A stretch of DNA of 64,000 bases, from the NCBI GenBank assembly GCA_017465845.1, contig JAFTVH010000139.1, positions 9,114 to 73,113 of the forward strand, given 5' to 3'. The translations under genes and the position numbers were made by a program. Below are positions 49,197-59,552 of the stretch, one piece after another; position 1 is the stretch's first letter, and every line of letters begins with the position of its first letter. The notes below the pieces were generated by a model. It was not told the DNA's origin. It was given only the letters and a program-made list of their open reading frames with translations, and did no database searches. Source of the DNA: Lachnospiraceae bacterium. Lineage in GTDB: Bacteria; Bacillota; Clostridia; Lachnospirales; Lachnospiraceae.

Positions 49197-50138
49197 TTAT
49201 AGTTTCCTAATATATTTCTTCATAGAGCGTTTGAAAATTTCATTTAAACCTTCCGGATCGTCTGCGTTATGCGCATAATAATAGAAGGCAAGGTGATCAG
49301 GATGGTAGTTTTCCAGATAAGCATTTAAATTCTTTTCAAAATTTTCATGCTCTTCCCGCGGCATATGCATACTTTCTACCAGAGCGAAAGTTTTTTTACC
49401 CGCCTGTGCGCATTCCTTTACGGTCCTGTCCCAGGCACTTTCGATGCGGTACTTGCTTTCCTTGATTTCTTCGTGGAATCGTCTTTGACGTCCTAAGTTG
49501 CCGTCATATCCAAAGTAGGTAATTGCTTTGGTTCGGGCGATGGACTCGGTAAAGAATTCTTCTTCTTTCTTGATGCAGAACAGGGTCTGTACAAGCTCCG
49601 GCTTCAATTTATGGCAATAATCGGTAATATCTGCAAAAAATTCGCAAAAACCAACCGCCATATCTTCCTTAGTAGGATTTTCACCAAAACGCTTCACGGT
49701 GTCCGGGTGGTGACTGATCATCGTGGGTGCTTTTGGTTCATCCCAAATGATACCGTCCAGATCGTAATCGGTAATCAGGGTTTTCATATAATCTTTGAAC
49801 CATGCGCGTACCTCCGGAGATTCCAGACACGCAACCGGTATAAAATAATCCTTGGAAATCCAAAGTTCCGGGTGTTTGCAAAGCCACAGGCTCGGCATGA
49901 GAGGAGCACCTGCAAAACGTCCGGCAATACGGCTTGGGATGACATTTACTTTAAGGCCTTCTTTGTGGGCCATATCTACCAGAATTTCAAAGGTTCTTCT
50001 GGCATACATCATTTCGCTTTCGGAAAAACTTAAGTCTACGGCATCAAAGCCCATATCCGCCATTTCTTTAAAATCTTCTTTTACATGACGCGGAATACAC
50101 GTCCAGTTGTTATAATCTAAACAATAAGCACTGATCAT
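49197..50138 (-). CDS. Putative TIM-barrel glycoside hydrolase, family unassigned
   Basis: EDFKEMADMGFDAV, AHKEGLKV, HPELW, DGIIWDEP and ALVES; located inside a CAZyme operon. Confidence 0.6.
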   Translation of the reverse strand: MISAYCLDYNNWTCIPRHVKEDFKEMADMGFDAVDLSFSESEMMYARRTFEILVDMAHKEGLKVNVIPSRIAGRFAGAPLMPSLWLCKHPELWISKDYFIPVACLESPEVRAWFKDYMKTLITDYDLDGIIWDEPKAPTMISHHPDTVKRFGENPTKEDMAVGFCEFFADITDYCHKLKPELVQTLFCIKKEEEFFTESIARTKAITYFGYDGNLGRQRRFHEEIKESKYRIESAWDRTVKECAQAGKKTFALVESMHMPREEHENFEKNLNAYLENYHPDHLAFYYYAHNADDPEGLNEIFKRSMKKYIRKL

Positions 50139-50191
50139 AATGTTCTCTCTTTCTCGGTAAATTTTTACTTGTTAATTTTCATGTTTGCCTC

Positions 50192-51076
50192 CTAAAATCT
50201 TGAAAGTACCAATGCCCAAAATACCAGTATAATGCCACTGACACTATCGCGGCTCAATTTTTCTTTAAAAATTAAAGCTGCAATAGTGCTGCCTCCAATC
50301 AAGTTCAACGCATTTAAGAGCGGATACAGAATGATCGCGTCTATGTCCTTTGCAGCAAGTGTCTGAAAATACGATGAGGCAAACAGGGCTAAGCCCATAA
50401 TGAGAATGTATTTTATATTGTGTCGGATAACCTGGTACTTTTCCTTTGCTTCATCCTTTTTAAAAAACGGTAAAATCGGTAAAAACGCAAGGAATGAAAT
50501 AAAAAGCATATACAAAGTATAGCAACCGATATCCTTTTCAGGTATATATATAGCATACAACTTCTGTGTTGTCTGAGTTATCCCCTGGGAAATCACAATC
50601 AGAACAAGCAAAAATACTTGTCTCTTGCTGAGATTGCCATTCAACTTGAAATTATATTTCAAAAGGAAACGCAATGCACAAAGAATGAGTACAAATGCTA
50701 CAAATTTAAACGGTGTGAAAGATTCGTTTAAAAAAAACAGACCACAGATACACGGCACAATAAAACTTGCAGAACCACATGCACTTACTAGCATATATGC
50801 GTCTGACTTTAATGCCAGAATCCATACCGTTGTAAACACTGCCATCGATATACCCGATATCAGACAAATAACAATTTCAAACGCAGTAAACGAAAACACG
50901 TCCGGCACTCGTTTAAGTAAAACAAACAAAAATGCAAAAATACAGCATACAAAGCTTCTTGCGATATTGAATACGATACTTTCACGTATGGTCTGCATCG
51001 TACCGCTTACGCGCTTTGAAGAGTAACCCTTTGCTGTATTACATAATACAGCTGTAAAAATATAAAAATAACCCAT
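50192..51076 (-). CDS. EamA/DMT-family transporter
   Basis: About 10 TM helices in two repeats (FFLNES / IFKEKL); RBS AGGAGG. Confidence 0.85.
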   Translation of the reverse strand: MGYFYIFTAVLCNTAKGYSSKRVSGTMQTIRESIVFNIARSFVCCIFAFLFVLLKRVPDVFSFTAFEIVICLISGISMAVFTTVWILALKSDAYMLVSACGSASFIVPCICGLFFLNESFTPFKFVAFVLILCALRFLLKYNFKLNGNLSKRQVFLLVLIVISQGITQTTQKLYAIYIPEKDIGCYTLYMLFISFLAFLPILPFFKKDEAKEKYQVIRHNIKYILIMGLALFASSYFQTLAAKDIDAIILYPLLNALNLIGGSTIAALIFKEKLSRDSVSGIILVFWALVLSRF

Positions 51077-51140
51077 TTTCACTGCCTCCTTTAAAAGCTC
51101 CTCGTGAGTCATACAGTGCGTGGTTCCTCCAAAATTGATA

Positions 51141-52016
51141 TCAGCCCTTTACCGCACCGATCATAACACCCTTCACGAAGTATTTCTGAAGGAATGGGTA
51201 CAGTGCCAAAATAGGAGCGGTGGTTACAACGATCAGTGCATATTTGATCAGTTCCACTAACTGCGCCATTTCATCGGCGCCGGTCCCGGTACTGCCGGCC
51301 ATCTGATTCGCCATGTTCAGGATGTTACGCATAACCAGCTGCAACGGGAATAAATCAGAATTATTTAAATAAATGGAAGCAGCAAACCAGCTGTTCCAGC
51401 GTGATACGCCATAGTAGAGCACCATAACCGCCATGGTTGCTTTGCTCAGCGGAATCATAATTTTAATCAGAATCTGAAGATAGGATGCACCGTCTAATCT
51501 GGCAGATTCTGAAAGACTTTCCGGTATAGCCTGAAAAGCACTCTTCATAATGATCAGATTCGTAGTTGTGATTGCGCTTGGAAGGATCAAAGACCACAAG
51601 CTATTAAGAAGTTCCATATCTTTGATATTTAAGTAGCTTGGAATCATACCTCCGGAAAAATACATGGTAAAAATAATCATAAAGGTAATGACATTTTTTA
51701 ACATAGGTCCATTAATGGTAAGAAAATAAGCCCCCAGTGCTGTTAAAATTAAATTTAAAGCCAGGCCAATTACCATGACATACATGGTGTTAGCGAATCC
51801 TTTTAAAATCTGCTGATTCTGAAACACCAGCTCATATGCAGAAGTAGTAAAAGGCTTCAAAGGTGCTGCTAACAATCCCGTGTGAATGGATAGCGAGGTC
51901 GGATCACTGAAGGATGCAATTACTACGTAATAAATAGGATATGCCGTAACAAGTACAACGATCAGCATTAATAGGATATTAAAAAAAGAAAAAACTTTAT
52001 ATCCGTTTAGTTTCAT
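51141..52016 (-). CDS. Carbohydrate ABC permease (LplC-like)
   Basis: FSGGMIPSYL, ESARLDGA and QKYFVKGVMIGAVKG. Confidence 0.95.
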   Translation of the reverse strand: MKLNGYKVFSFFNILLMLIVVLVTAYPIYYVVIASFSDPTSLSIHTGLLAAPLKPFTTSAYELVFQNQQILKGFANTMYVMVIGLALNLILTALGAYFLTINGPMLKNVITFMIIFTMYFSGGMIPSYLNIKDMELLNSLWSLILPSAITTTNLIIMKSAFQAIPESLSESARLDGASYLQILIKIMIPLSKATMAVMVLYYGVSRWNSWFAASIYLNNSDLFPLQLVMRNILNMANQMAGSTGTGADEMAQLVELIKYALIVVTTAPILALYPFLQKYFVKGVMIGAVKG

Positions 52017-52039
52017 TTATATTCTTCTCCTTTCTGCCA

Positions 52040-52972
52040 TTACCACAAGCCGGTTTCTGTAAATTTTTTGCTGAGTTTATTGAAAACTACGATAATTATG
52101 AAATTAATTACAGAGTTGAACAGGTTTACGGCAGTACTGTAACTAAATTCCATATCAGTCAGACCTTTTCGGTAAACAAAGGTGGAAATAACATCGGCAG
52201 TTTTAAAAATACCTTCGTTATATAACAGCATAACCTTTTCGTAACCGACATCCATAATATTACCTAAACGAAGCAGCAGCATGATAATAATAGTCTGTGA
52301 AATACCCGGAAGGGTGACATGGAGTGTCTGTTTCCATCTGTTGGCACCGTCGATTTTAGCAGCTTCATACAACTGCTGGTCAATACCGGAGAGAGCAGAT
52401 AAGTAAATAATAGCTCCCCAACCTGTTTGCTGCCAGATACCGGAAATAACATAAATCGGAACAAAGTATTCCGGTTTTGTCAGTAAGGAAGCCTCCGGTA
52501 CCCCAAATATACCCAGCAAAGATGTAATAAAACCAGTGTTTGAAGTAAACATTTTAATCATATTACATACTACTACCATAGAAATGAAGTGTGGCATGTA
52601 AGAAATAGTCTGAACAAGACGTTTAAATTTTTCATTTCTAATTTCATTCAAAAGCAGAGCAAAAATAATCGGCATAGGAAAACTGAAAATAAGGGTAGAC
52701 AAACTGATGATCAGTGTATTTTTCAGTATTCTTGTAAAATAATAGGATTCAAAAAAATCCTTGAAATGCTGCAGCCCTACCCATTCACTACCTGCGATAC
52801 CACGAATCGGAGAAAAATCCTGAAAGGCAATGATAACACCGTACATAGGTTTATAACAGAAAATCAGGTAGAACAGCACTACGGGAATGACAAGCACATA
52901 TGCACCTGCATATTTGCGCAAGTCTTTTCCCAGACGTATTAGGAAAAATTCCTTCTTTTTGTTTTTATGCAT
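52040..52972 (-). CDS. Carbohydrate ABC permease (LplB-like)
   Basis: SEWVGLQHF, YMPHFIS and EAAKIDGANRW. Confidence 0.95.
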   Translation of the reverse strand: MHKNKKKEFFLIRLGKDLRKYAGAYVLVIPVVLFYLIFCYKPMYGVIIAFQDFSPIRGIAGSEWVGLQHFKDFFESYYFTRILKNTLIISLSTLIFSFPMPIIFALLLNEIRNEKFKRLVQTISYMPHFISMVVVCNMIKMFTSNTGFITSLLGIFGVPEASLLTKPEYFVPIYVISGIWQQTGWGAIIYLSALSGIDQQLYEAAKIDGANRWKQTLHVTLPGISQTIIIMLLLRLGNIMDVGYEKVMLLYNEGIFKTADVISTFVYRKGLTDMEFSYSTAVNLFNSVINFIIIVVFNKLSKKFTETGLW

Positions 52973-53004
52973 ACAAGTACCTCCAAAAATGTTTGGGAGA
53001 ACAG

Positions 53005-53033
53005 AAGAGAACTGCCGTTACAGCAGTTCTCTT
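53005..53033 (-). terminator. Intercistronic stem-loop after the SBP gene
   Basis: AAGAGAACTGC / GCAGTTCTCTT. Confidence 0.7.
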
Positions 53034-53052
53034 TATTGCTGTTATGTTGCTT

Positions 53053-54726
53053 TTATCTTGCGTTGAAAGCATCCAGTGCTTCCTGTCTTAATTCAATAAC
53101 TCTGTCGATTCCCATTGCTTCTAACTGATCCAAGTATTCGGTTTCGAATTTTGCTAAATCAGCAGTGCCGGTAATATACTGAATCATCATTTCAGAAACA
53201 AAAGTATTGATATCAGCCCAAAGCTTACTGTATTCTGCCTGATCCTCCTCTGCGATAGAAAGGGTAGGTACCATATATTTAGCAGCATCTGTTTCAGCCC
53301 AGAGAGCCTGTGCTGCTTTCTGCTGTGGACGTGCAGCGTACTGTTCCATATATCTCTTGTCCTGTACGAAAGGACCAGCGTTCCAAGACATGGTGTACTG
53401 AGCAAGTGCCTGCTGCATACTCCAACCGTTAGGGTTGTTGTTGATCAATTCGGTATAGGTTGGATAACCGTCAACCATGGTGTAGCTTTCGCCTTCAATA
53501 CCGAAGTTGAGAAGCATATAACCTTCTTCGGTATAACCGTAGTTCATAAATTTAACAGCCGCTTCTTTGTTCTTACACTGAGTGGTCATAAACAGAGTAT
53601 CACCGGTAAGAGCGTTGGAATAATATCCACTGTAAGCAACGTCACCTTCTTTGGCTACAAGAGGACCGAAACCGGTTAAATCGTAGGTTGGGTTGTCTTT
53701 TTCTACTGCATTAAGAATAGTACCCATATATCCGCCGGTTGCACCAACGGTTACACCGGAGATGCCGTTAGCCATGTTGGAATAAACAGTATTGTTATCA
53801 TTGGATGCAAAGTTCGGGTCTAATAAACCTTCATCATATAATTTGTTTAAGAAAGCAAGGGTATCTTTGTATTCTGCTTCTGCACGGCCGTAGTGAATTT
53901 CGCCGTCAATCTGGTACCAGTCTGATTTTACTTGACCATATGCAGAAGAAATCATACCGTAGTTAACAATGTTTCTCATCCAGGAGTTTGTAGTAGTAAA
54001 AGGTAATGTAGCACCTTTCTTTTCCTTGAATGCAACTAACACATCGTAAAGTTCATCAGGAGTTTGAGGAACTTCCATGTTTAACTCGTCAAGCCAGTCC
54101 TGACGGATGATCAAACCTGCGCCGGAGCACAAATATGCGTCACCTCTAATGAAAGGAGCACCAATGATGTCGCCGCTGGAGGTAACATTGGTCTTGTACC
54201 AGATTTCGTTGCTTTCAAGGACTTCCTTTAAATCAGGAGCAAATTCATCAATATAGTCATTTAAAGGTTCAATTACACCGTCTTTGATTGCTTTTTCAGC
54301 ACCGCCTGAATATTTGCTTGGTGGAAAAAAAATCAAATCCGGAAGTTCGCCGCCTGCGATAAGCAGGTTCATAGCGTCGTTGTTTGCACACTGGATAACT
54401 TCGATGGTTACACCGGTAGCTTCCTGCCATGCCTTACCCAAAGGTGTTTCGAATAAATGCTTTGCGTTTGCGTTTACGGTTGCATTGTCAAGCATTGCAA
54501 TGGTAAGGGTTACGTTTCCTTCAATAGGATATGTAACTTCTGCTACAGTAGATTCCTGTACAGTGCTGCTTTCGGTGGTAGATGCAGATTCTATAGCTTT
54601 AGTTTCTTCTTTGGTGGAAGAACTTGTTACAGTGTTTTCACTATCGTTGCCACAGGCAGCCATAGAAAAAACAAGTGTAGCCGCTAAAACACTGCTGAGA
54701 ATTTTTTTGAGCAATTTGTGTTTCAT
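53053..54726 (-). CDS. Carbohydrate ABC transporter substrate-binding lipoprotein
   Basis: Lipobox MAAC, S/T linker, IRQDWLDELN...PQTPDELYDVL and NFGIEGESY. Confidence 0.94.
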   Translation of the reverse strand: MKHKLLKKILSSVLAATLVFSMAACGNDSENTVTSSSTKEETKAIESASTTESSTVQESTVAEVTYPIEGNVTLTIAMLDNATVNANAKHLFETPLGKAWQEATGVTIEVIQCANNDAMNLLIAGGELPDLIFFPPSKYSGGAEKAIKDGVIEPLNDYIDEFAPDLKEVLESNEIWYKTNVTSSGDIIGAPFIRGDAYLCSGAGLIIRQDWLDELNMEVPQTPDELYDVLVAFKEKKGATLPFTTTNSWMRNIVNYGMISSAYGQVKSDWYQIDGEIHYGRAEAEYKDTLAFLNKLYDEGLLDPNFASNDNNTVYSNMANGISGVTVGATGGYMGTILNAVEKDNPTYDLTGFGPLVAKEGDVAYSGYYSNALTGDTLFMTTQCKNKEAAVKFMNYGYTEEGYMLLNFGIEGESYTMVDGYPTYTELINNNPNGWSMQQALAQYTMSWNAGPFVQDKRYMEQYAARPQQKAAQALWAETDAAKYMVPTLSIAEEDQAEYSKLWADINTFVSEMMIQYITGTADLAKFETEYLDQLEAMGIDRVIELRQEALDAFNAR

Positions 54727-54804
54727 AATATACCTCTCTTTTTATTTTGTTTTCCGATGCATCAGAGCTGTTTTCAGTATAAATGCAGTGCCGATTTATG
54801 TATA

Positions 54805-54880
54805 TGGACAAAACCGGTAAAACAGTGGATATATTTTGTCCAAACATTTTTGTCCATATAGTTGTCCATATAGTTGTCTA
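54805..54880. promoter_or_regulatory. Array of TTGTCCA repeats, candidate AraC operator
   Basis: TTGTCCA at 54836, 54850 and 54862, TTGTCTA at 54874, and inverted TGGACAA at 54805. Confidence 0.55.
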
Positions 54881-54884
54881 GAGG

Positions 54885-57119
54885 CTATTCTTCTAAGGAA
54901 TTGTCGCTTTGTCTCCCGCCATATTTTCCCGGAGTTACGCCGGTGAGCTTCACAAATATTCTGCGGAAGGTTTTGTAGCTGGCATAACCGACCATGGCAC
55001 TGATTTCTTCCAGGGAATACTTTTCTGTGCGTAGCAACAGTTTGGCCTTGCTGATACGCAGCTCATTAATGTAGTCCAGGATGCCTTCCTGGGTTTCCTC
55101 CTTAAATACTCTGGAAATATGTCTGGATTTTTTGCCAATGGCATCCGCGATCGTACTGATATTCATGGAACTGTCGGTAAAATGAGTTTCGATATATTCG
55201 CGGATAACTGCTACAAGGTGTTTGTCGTCGTCTTGGTCGTAGGTACTTCTATATACATAGGAAAGAAGTTCGTCGAACACTTTTTTCATGGCATCTTTGT
55301 CAGGGGCATTTAGCAAAGGACTCAGATAACCGGCGAGGAATATTCGCTGCCCATCCGCAGTTTCATGATGTTCATAAAATTTCGCTACTACATAGAATAC
55401 CTCCAGAACCTGCATGCGGAAGATGAGGAACGGGGTTCGAGAGGAATTATCAAATAATTCCTGTGACAGCGAAAGTATTTTGTCATAGTCTCCTTGTAAA
55501 AGTGCCATTTCAATAAACATACCGGTGGACTTGATGGAAAGGGTATCCGGAGCATCCTTTAAGGTTGCGGTATCAATGACACCTCGGCCACCTATGACAT
55601 CTTTGTATTCAATAGCATCCATGATGTCCTGATACAGAAAACGGATCTGTTCCATTTTGGATTCAAAGGTACTGATGGCAGATGGAACAGAGATGCCCCA
55701 TTTGTCTTCCAAAAGGTCGCAGAGGATGTTCATTTTTTCAAGACATCCTTCTTTCCAGACAGCACTATTGTTTTTAGGTACTATAAATAAGTAGAATAAG
55801 TATTTTCCGTCTTCAATACGGTACATCTTTTCGTGGCTCATCAATTCGGTAAAGATATTGTCGATGGTAAACCACAAAAGATCGTCGTGCTTCAGTTGAT
55901 GCTTATCCAACATAGGAACTTCATAGCCTACAAGCAGGATGTCTTCGTTTTCGTTCAGATAGAAATCTATATGAAGCTGCTCCTGCTTTTGGATGCTGCT
56001 GTATTTTCCCTTCATCATAGCAAGCAGATAGTTTTTTTGCATAAGCTCACGCTGAGTCAGCATACGGCTCCGCATTTGCTTGTTTTCAGAGTCTAAATGA
56101 AGAAAAGCACTTTCAATCTGTGAATATTCATTTCCCTTCTTTACCTCGCCGGTTGTTTTTAATAACAGTTTGGATATAGGCTGGAAATTACGGTTTACTA
56201 AAAAGTACACACAGACAGAGCCGATGATTAAGGTTCCGGTCAGACTGAGAAACAATACGTTACGCACATGTTGGCTTTCCTGCCAGAAAGTATTCTGAGG
56301 TATAAGCAGGGAATAAGATAATTTGGTCTGGGAGGATTCTTCACGTAAAACAACGTAAGAATCGGTGGTAAATGCTTCATTATTATATATACTTTCTTGG
56401 ATGTCAGGCGTGACTTCAGACATTCCCTGATTGTCGAGGGCCAGAAGGACTTCATTTTGGGAGTGAATCAGTAAAAGCGTTCCGTCATTTAGCGGAGTGA
56501 CAAGGGAAGCAATGTCGGAAATTGGAATGTAGAAAAACATGTTTACCGATTCAAAGCCTTTATACGCTACCGTATCTGCATAAACCAGACAGGGTTTCGT
56601 AGAAGTATAATTGAAATAAGAGGTTACCATAAATTCATTATTGTATTCTTTGGAAAGCATGGTCATCCACTCTTCATAAGGCGGCATGGAGGTATCTGGA
56701 AAGCATTTTGATTTATAACAGATTTCGCTTAAGTGAATGATTCCGGACCATAGCATATAATCTTTTTCCTTTAAATACAGTAGATAGGAAATATTACTAC
56801 CCTGGTTGTGGTGGGTATCAAGAAGCATTTTGGTGTCCCAGGCATCGGAATAAAATTCTTTATTTACTCTTTCGTGAGAGATGAGATTGAAAAATTCATC
56901 GCTGGTCAGGACATAGGTGTACAAGCAGACTTCGTTATATAAATGATTATCCACGCTCTGCTGTAGATTGTGCAGGACCAGCTGGTTGGCATGAATGATC
57001 TGGTTTTCAATTACTTTATTGTTGTAATAGTAGTTAATAAAAATTGTGAGTATAGGAATAAGCAATATGAGTATGTAAGAGTATATCCAGCTTGTTATAA
57101 TGCTTTTCTTTTTATTCAT
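54885..57119 (-). CDS. Membrane-anchored AraC-family regulator (YesS-like)
   Basis: SYILILLIP TM helix, second TM helix, and C-terminal ISAMVGYASYKTFRRIFVKLTGVTPG. Confidence 0.92.
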   Translation of the reverse strand: MNKKKSIITSWIYSYILILLIPILTIFINYYYNNKVIENQIIHANQLVLHNLQQSVDNHLYNEVCLYTYVLTSDEFFNLISHERVNKEFYSDAWDTKMLLDTHHNQGSNISYLLYLKEKDYMLWSGIIHLSEICYKSKCFPDTSMPPYEEWMTMLSKEYNNEFMVTSYFNYTSTKPCLVYADTVAYKGFESVNMFFYIPISDIASLVTPLNDGTLLLIHSQNEVLLALDNQGMSEVTPDIQESIYNNEAFTTDSYVVLREESSQTKLSYSLLIPQNTFWQESQHVRNVLFLSLTGTLIIGSVCVYFLVNRNFQPISKLLLKTTGEVKKGNEYSQIESAFLHLDSENKQMRSRMLTQRELMQKNYLLAMMKGKYSSIQKQEQLHIDFYLNENEDILLVGYEVPMLDKHQLKHDDLLWFTIDNIFTELMSHEKMYRIEDGKYLFYLFIVPKNNSAVWKEGCLEKMNILCDLLEDKWGISVPSAISTFESKMEQIRFLYQDIMDAIEYKDVIGGRGVIDTATLKDAPDTLSIKSTGMFIEMALLQGDYDKILSLSQELFDNSSRTPFLIFRMQVLEVFYVVAKFYEHHETADGQRIFLAGYLSPLLNAPDKDAMKKVFDELLSYVYRSTYDQDDDKHLVAVIREYIETHFTDSSMNISTIADAIGKKSRHISRVFKEETQEGILDYINELRISKAKLLLRTEKYSLEEISAMVGYASYKTFRRIFVKLTGVTPGKYGGRQSDNSLEE

Positions 57120-57325
57120 ATGTTTTTCATCCTTTTACTATTTGTATTTTGAACAGGTGCATCCTATGTTAATTATATCAATAAATATAAGAGTGCGCAT
57201 ACCCAAAATTGTCACGGCTATGCCCAAAAAGGCTATTAAATTGACTTGGATAAATTCGATTATTATAATACATGTAAAATTACAGGAGGACATCTAACTG
57301 TAGGAGAAATGAAAGGAGATTTTAA

Positions 57326-58324
57326 ATGAAGAAGTACAACTTTAAAGACATGCCGCTGGAAATCTATGGTGTACCCTTTTGGAAACAGACGGGTCAGTTA
57401 AGAAGACTTCCTGATTCGGTTATTGATAAAGTACCCAGACTGGAATTTTTGGGAAAGCGCTGCCCGGGAGCCAGGGTATGTTTTAGAACAGATGCAGAAG
57501 AATTTACTGTAAGGATAACATTTGAAACACTAACCTTTGATGTAGGAATGTCTATTTATGCATGTCAATCAGCAGCGGTATTGATTGGAGAACGTGAAAA
57601 TGCACATTTTGCAGGTTTGGTAAATCCTCCGGACTATAACACGTTTACGTTTGAAAAAACGATTCACAAGGAAAAAGGAATGGAGGATGTGACTATTTTT
57701 TTGCCAAGGAATGAGATCATTGCAAATGTTGAAATTATTGTTCCTAAAGAGGCAAAAGTCGAAAGTCCGACACCCTATAGAGCTTTAAAACCTATATTGT
57801 ATTATGGTTCTTCCATTACGGAAGGGGGTTGCTGTTGTAGTGTATTTAATGCATACAACGCTATTTTGTCTAACAGATTAAATGTGGATTATTTTAATTT
57901 CGGTTTTTCCGGAAGTGCAAAAGGCGAGTTGGAAATTGCAGACTATATAAATACTATTGATATGAGTCTTTTTGTGTATGATTATGATCACAATGCAAGT
58001 ACAGCAGAGGATTTACGAAAAACACACGAACCGTTTTTTAAACGAATCAGAGAAAAGAATCCGAACTTACCGGTAATCATGTTGTCTAAGCCAGCTGCAA
58101 GATATACTGAAAATGATAAAATCCGGCGTCGTATCATTCTTCAGACATATATAAACGCGATAAATGAAGGTGATGCAAATGTATATTTTGTTGATGGTGA
58201 GATGTTATTTGGAAACAGGGATCGTGAAATATGTACGATTGACATGAAACATCCGAATGACATAGGCTTTTTGAGAATGGCGGACACTCTTGAACCACTG
58301 ATAAGAAAGATATTGTTGGTGTAA
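57326..58324 (+). CDS. SGNH/GDSL hydrolase (probable carbohydrate acetylesterase)
   Basis: YYGSSITEG, NFGFSG, DYDHN and D.KHPND. Confidence 0.9.
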   Translation: MKKYNFKDMPLEIYGVPFWKQTGQLRRLPDSVIDKVPRLEFLGKRCPGARVCFRTDAEEFTVRITFETLTFDVGMSIYACQSAAVLIGERENAHFAGLVNPPDYNTFTFEKTIHKEKGMEDVTIFLPRNEIIANVEIIVPKEAKVESPTPYRALKPILYYGSSITEGGCCCSVFNAYNAILSNRLNVDYFNFGFSGSAKGELEIADYINTIDMSLFVYDYDHNASTAEDLRKTHEPFFKRIREKNPNLPVIMLSKPAARYTENDKIRRRIILQTYINAINEGDANVYFVDGEMLFGNRDREICTIDMKHPNDIGFLRMADTLEPLIRKILLV

Positions 58325-58389
58325 TAAAAACGCAGAGGGAGTAACGTGACATACCGAGGTGATTGAGACGAAAAACAGGAGGAAAGAGA

Positions 58390-59532
58390 ATGCATGTACT
58401 TGAGGCAGAGAAGCTGAAGAGACAAATAGGAGCTACATCTATGGCAGATGTACAAAGTGGAAAAGTAGGCGGTATAGCCATTGCTATTATGCAAAATGGT
58501 GATACGGTATATCAGAACTATTTTGCAGATGAGACTCTTGGAATACATATAACGGAGGAGACCTTGTTTCGACTGGCGTCCATGACAAAGCCGATTACAG
58601 CGGCAGGGGTATTGAAGCTGGTGGAGCAGAATAAAATCACGTTGGAGGATTGTGTATCCCGTTATATTCCGGAGTTCAAACACATGAATGTGGGCAGAAA
58701 AAACGGTGATGAGGTGGAGATTGTGGGGCCTGCCAAAAGGCAAATCACAATCAGGCATCTTCTGACGCATACCAGTGGATTGGGAAGCGGAGAGGTTGGT
58801 CAGTGGGCAGCAGCACAGTTTCCTTATTCGGAACGGAAATCTTTGGCACAGAATGTACAGTACTACGCACAGATTCCGTTGGATTTTGAACCTTACACCA
58901 GGCAGACATACAGTGGCTCTTTTGCATTTGATGTACTGGCCCGCATCGTGGAAATTGTAACAGATATTCCTTTCGGAGATTTTCTTAAAAAGGAAGTTTT
59001 GGAGCCTCTCGAAATGACTGATACCTGTTTTGCACCTACAAAGGATCAGTGGGAGCGTATGATTCCTATGCACGATTATAAAGATGGCACGGGTGTTTTG
59101 GCAGAATATCCCAAGGACAGTGTGTTTATGGGAGTGCCTACCGGGTGTTGTAGTGGTGGAACAGCGTTGGCGTCCACTCTGAGGGACTACAAAAAATTTG
59201 CTGATATGTTATTAAATTACGGAAGATACAAAGGAAATTATATCATAAGGGAAAATTTGATTCGGGAAATGGCGACAGCACAGTTGCCGTCAGAGCTCAT
59301 GAGCGGGGTGAGAAACTGGGGATTTGGCGTGAGAGTTGTTACAGATGATCCGAGAAATGTACTTCCTTGCGGAGCTTTTGGATGGAGCGGAGCTCTGGGC
59401 AGCCACTTTTGGGTAGATCCGGTGAATCAAATAGTAGCTATTTACATGAAAAATTCGTTGTACGATGGAGGTTCCGGCAGTAAGACCGGCAGGCAGTTTG
59501 AGAGAGATGTGTATTCTGCTTTGAAAGATTGA
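58390..59532 (+). CDS. Serine hydrolase of the beta-lactamase-related (family VIII esterase-like) group
   Basis: FRLASMTKP (SxxK), HLLTHTSGL, YSG and GWSGALG; no signal peptide. Confidence 0.9.
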   Translation: MHVLEAEKLKRQIGATSMADVQSGKVGGIAIAIMQNGDTVYQNYFADETLGIHITEETLFRLASMTKPITAAGVLKLVEQNKITLEDCVSRYIPEFKHMNVGRKNGDEVEIVGPAKRQITIRHLLTHTSGLGSGEVGQWAAAQFPYSERKSLAQNVQYYAQIPLDFEPYTRQTYSGSFAFDVLARIVEIVTDIPFGDFLKKEVLEPLEMTDTCFAPTKDQWERMIPMHDYKDGTGVLAEYPKDSVFMGVPTGCCSGGTALASTLRDYKKFADMLLNYGRYKGNYIIRENLIREMATAQLPSELMSGVRNWGFGVRVVTDDPRNVLPCGAFGWSGALGSHFWVDPVNQIVAIYMKNSLYDGGSGSKTGRQFERDVYSALKD

Positions 59533-59552
59533 GGAGTAGGAGGAGCAGGAAG

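Noticed and set aside
58390-59532. Beta-lactam resistance gene
   Set aside because: No signal peptide, esterase-like WSG motif, and located within a carbohydrate operon.
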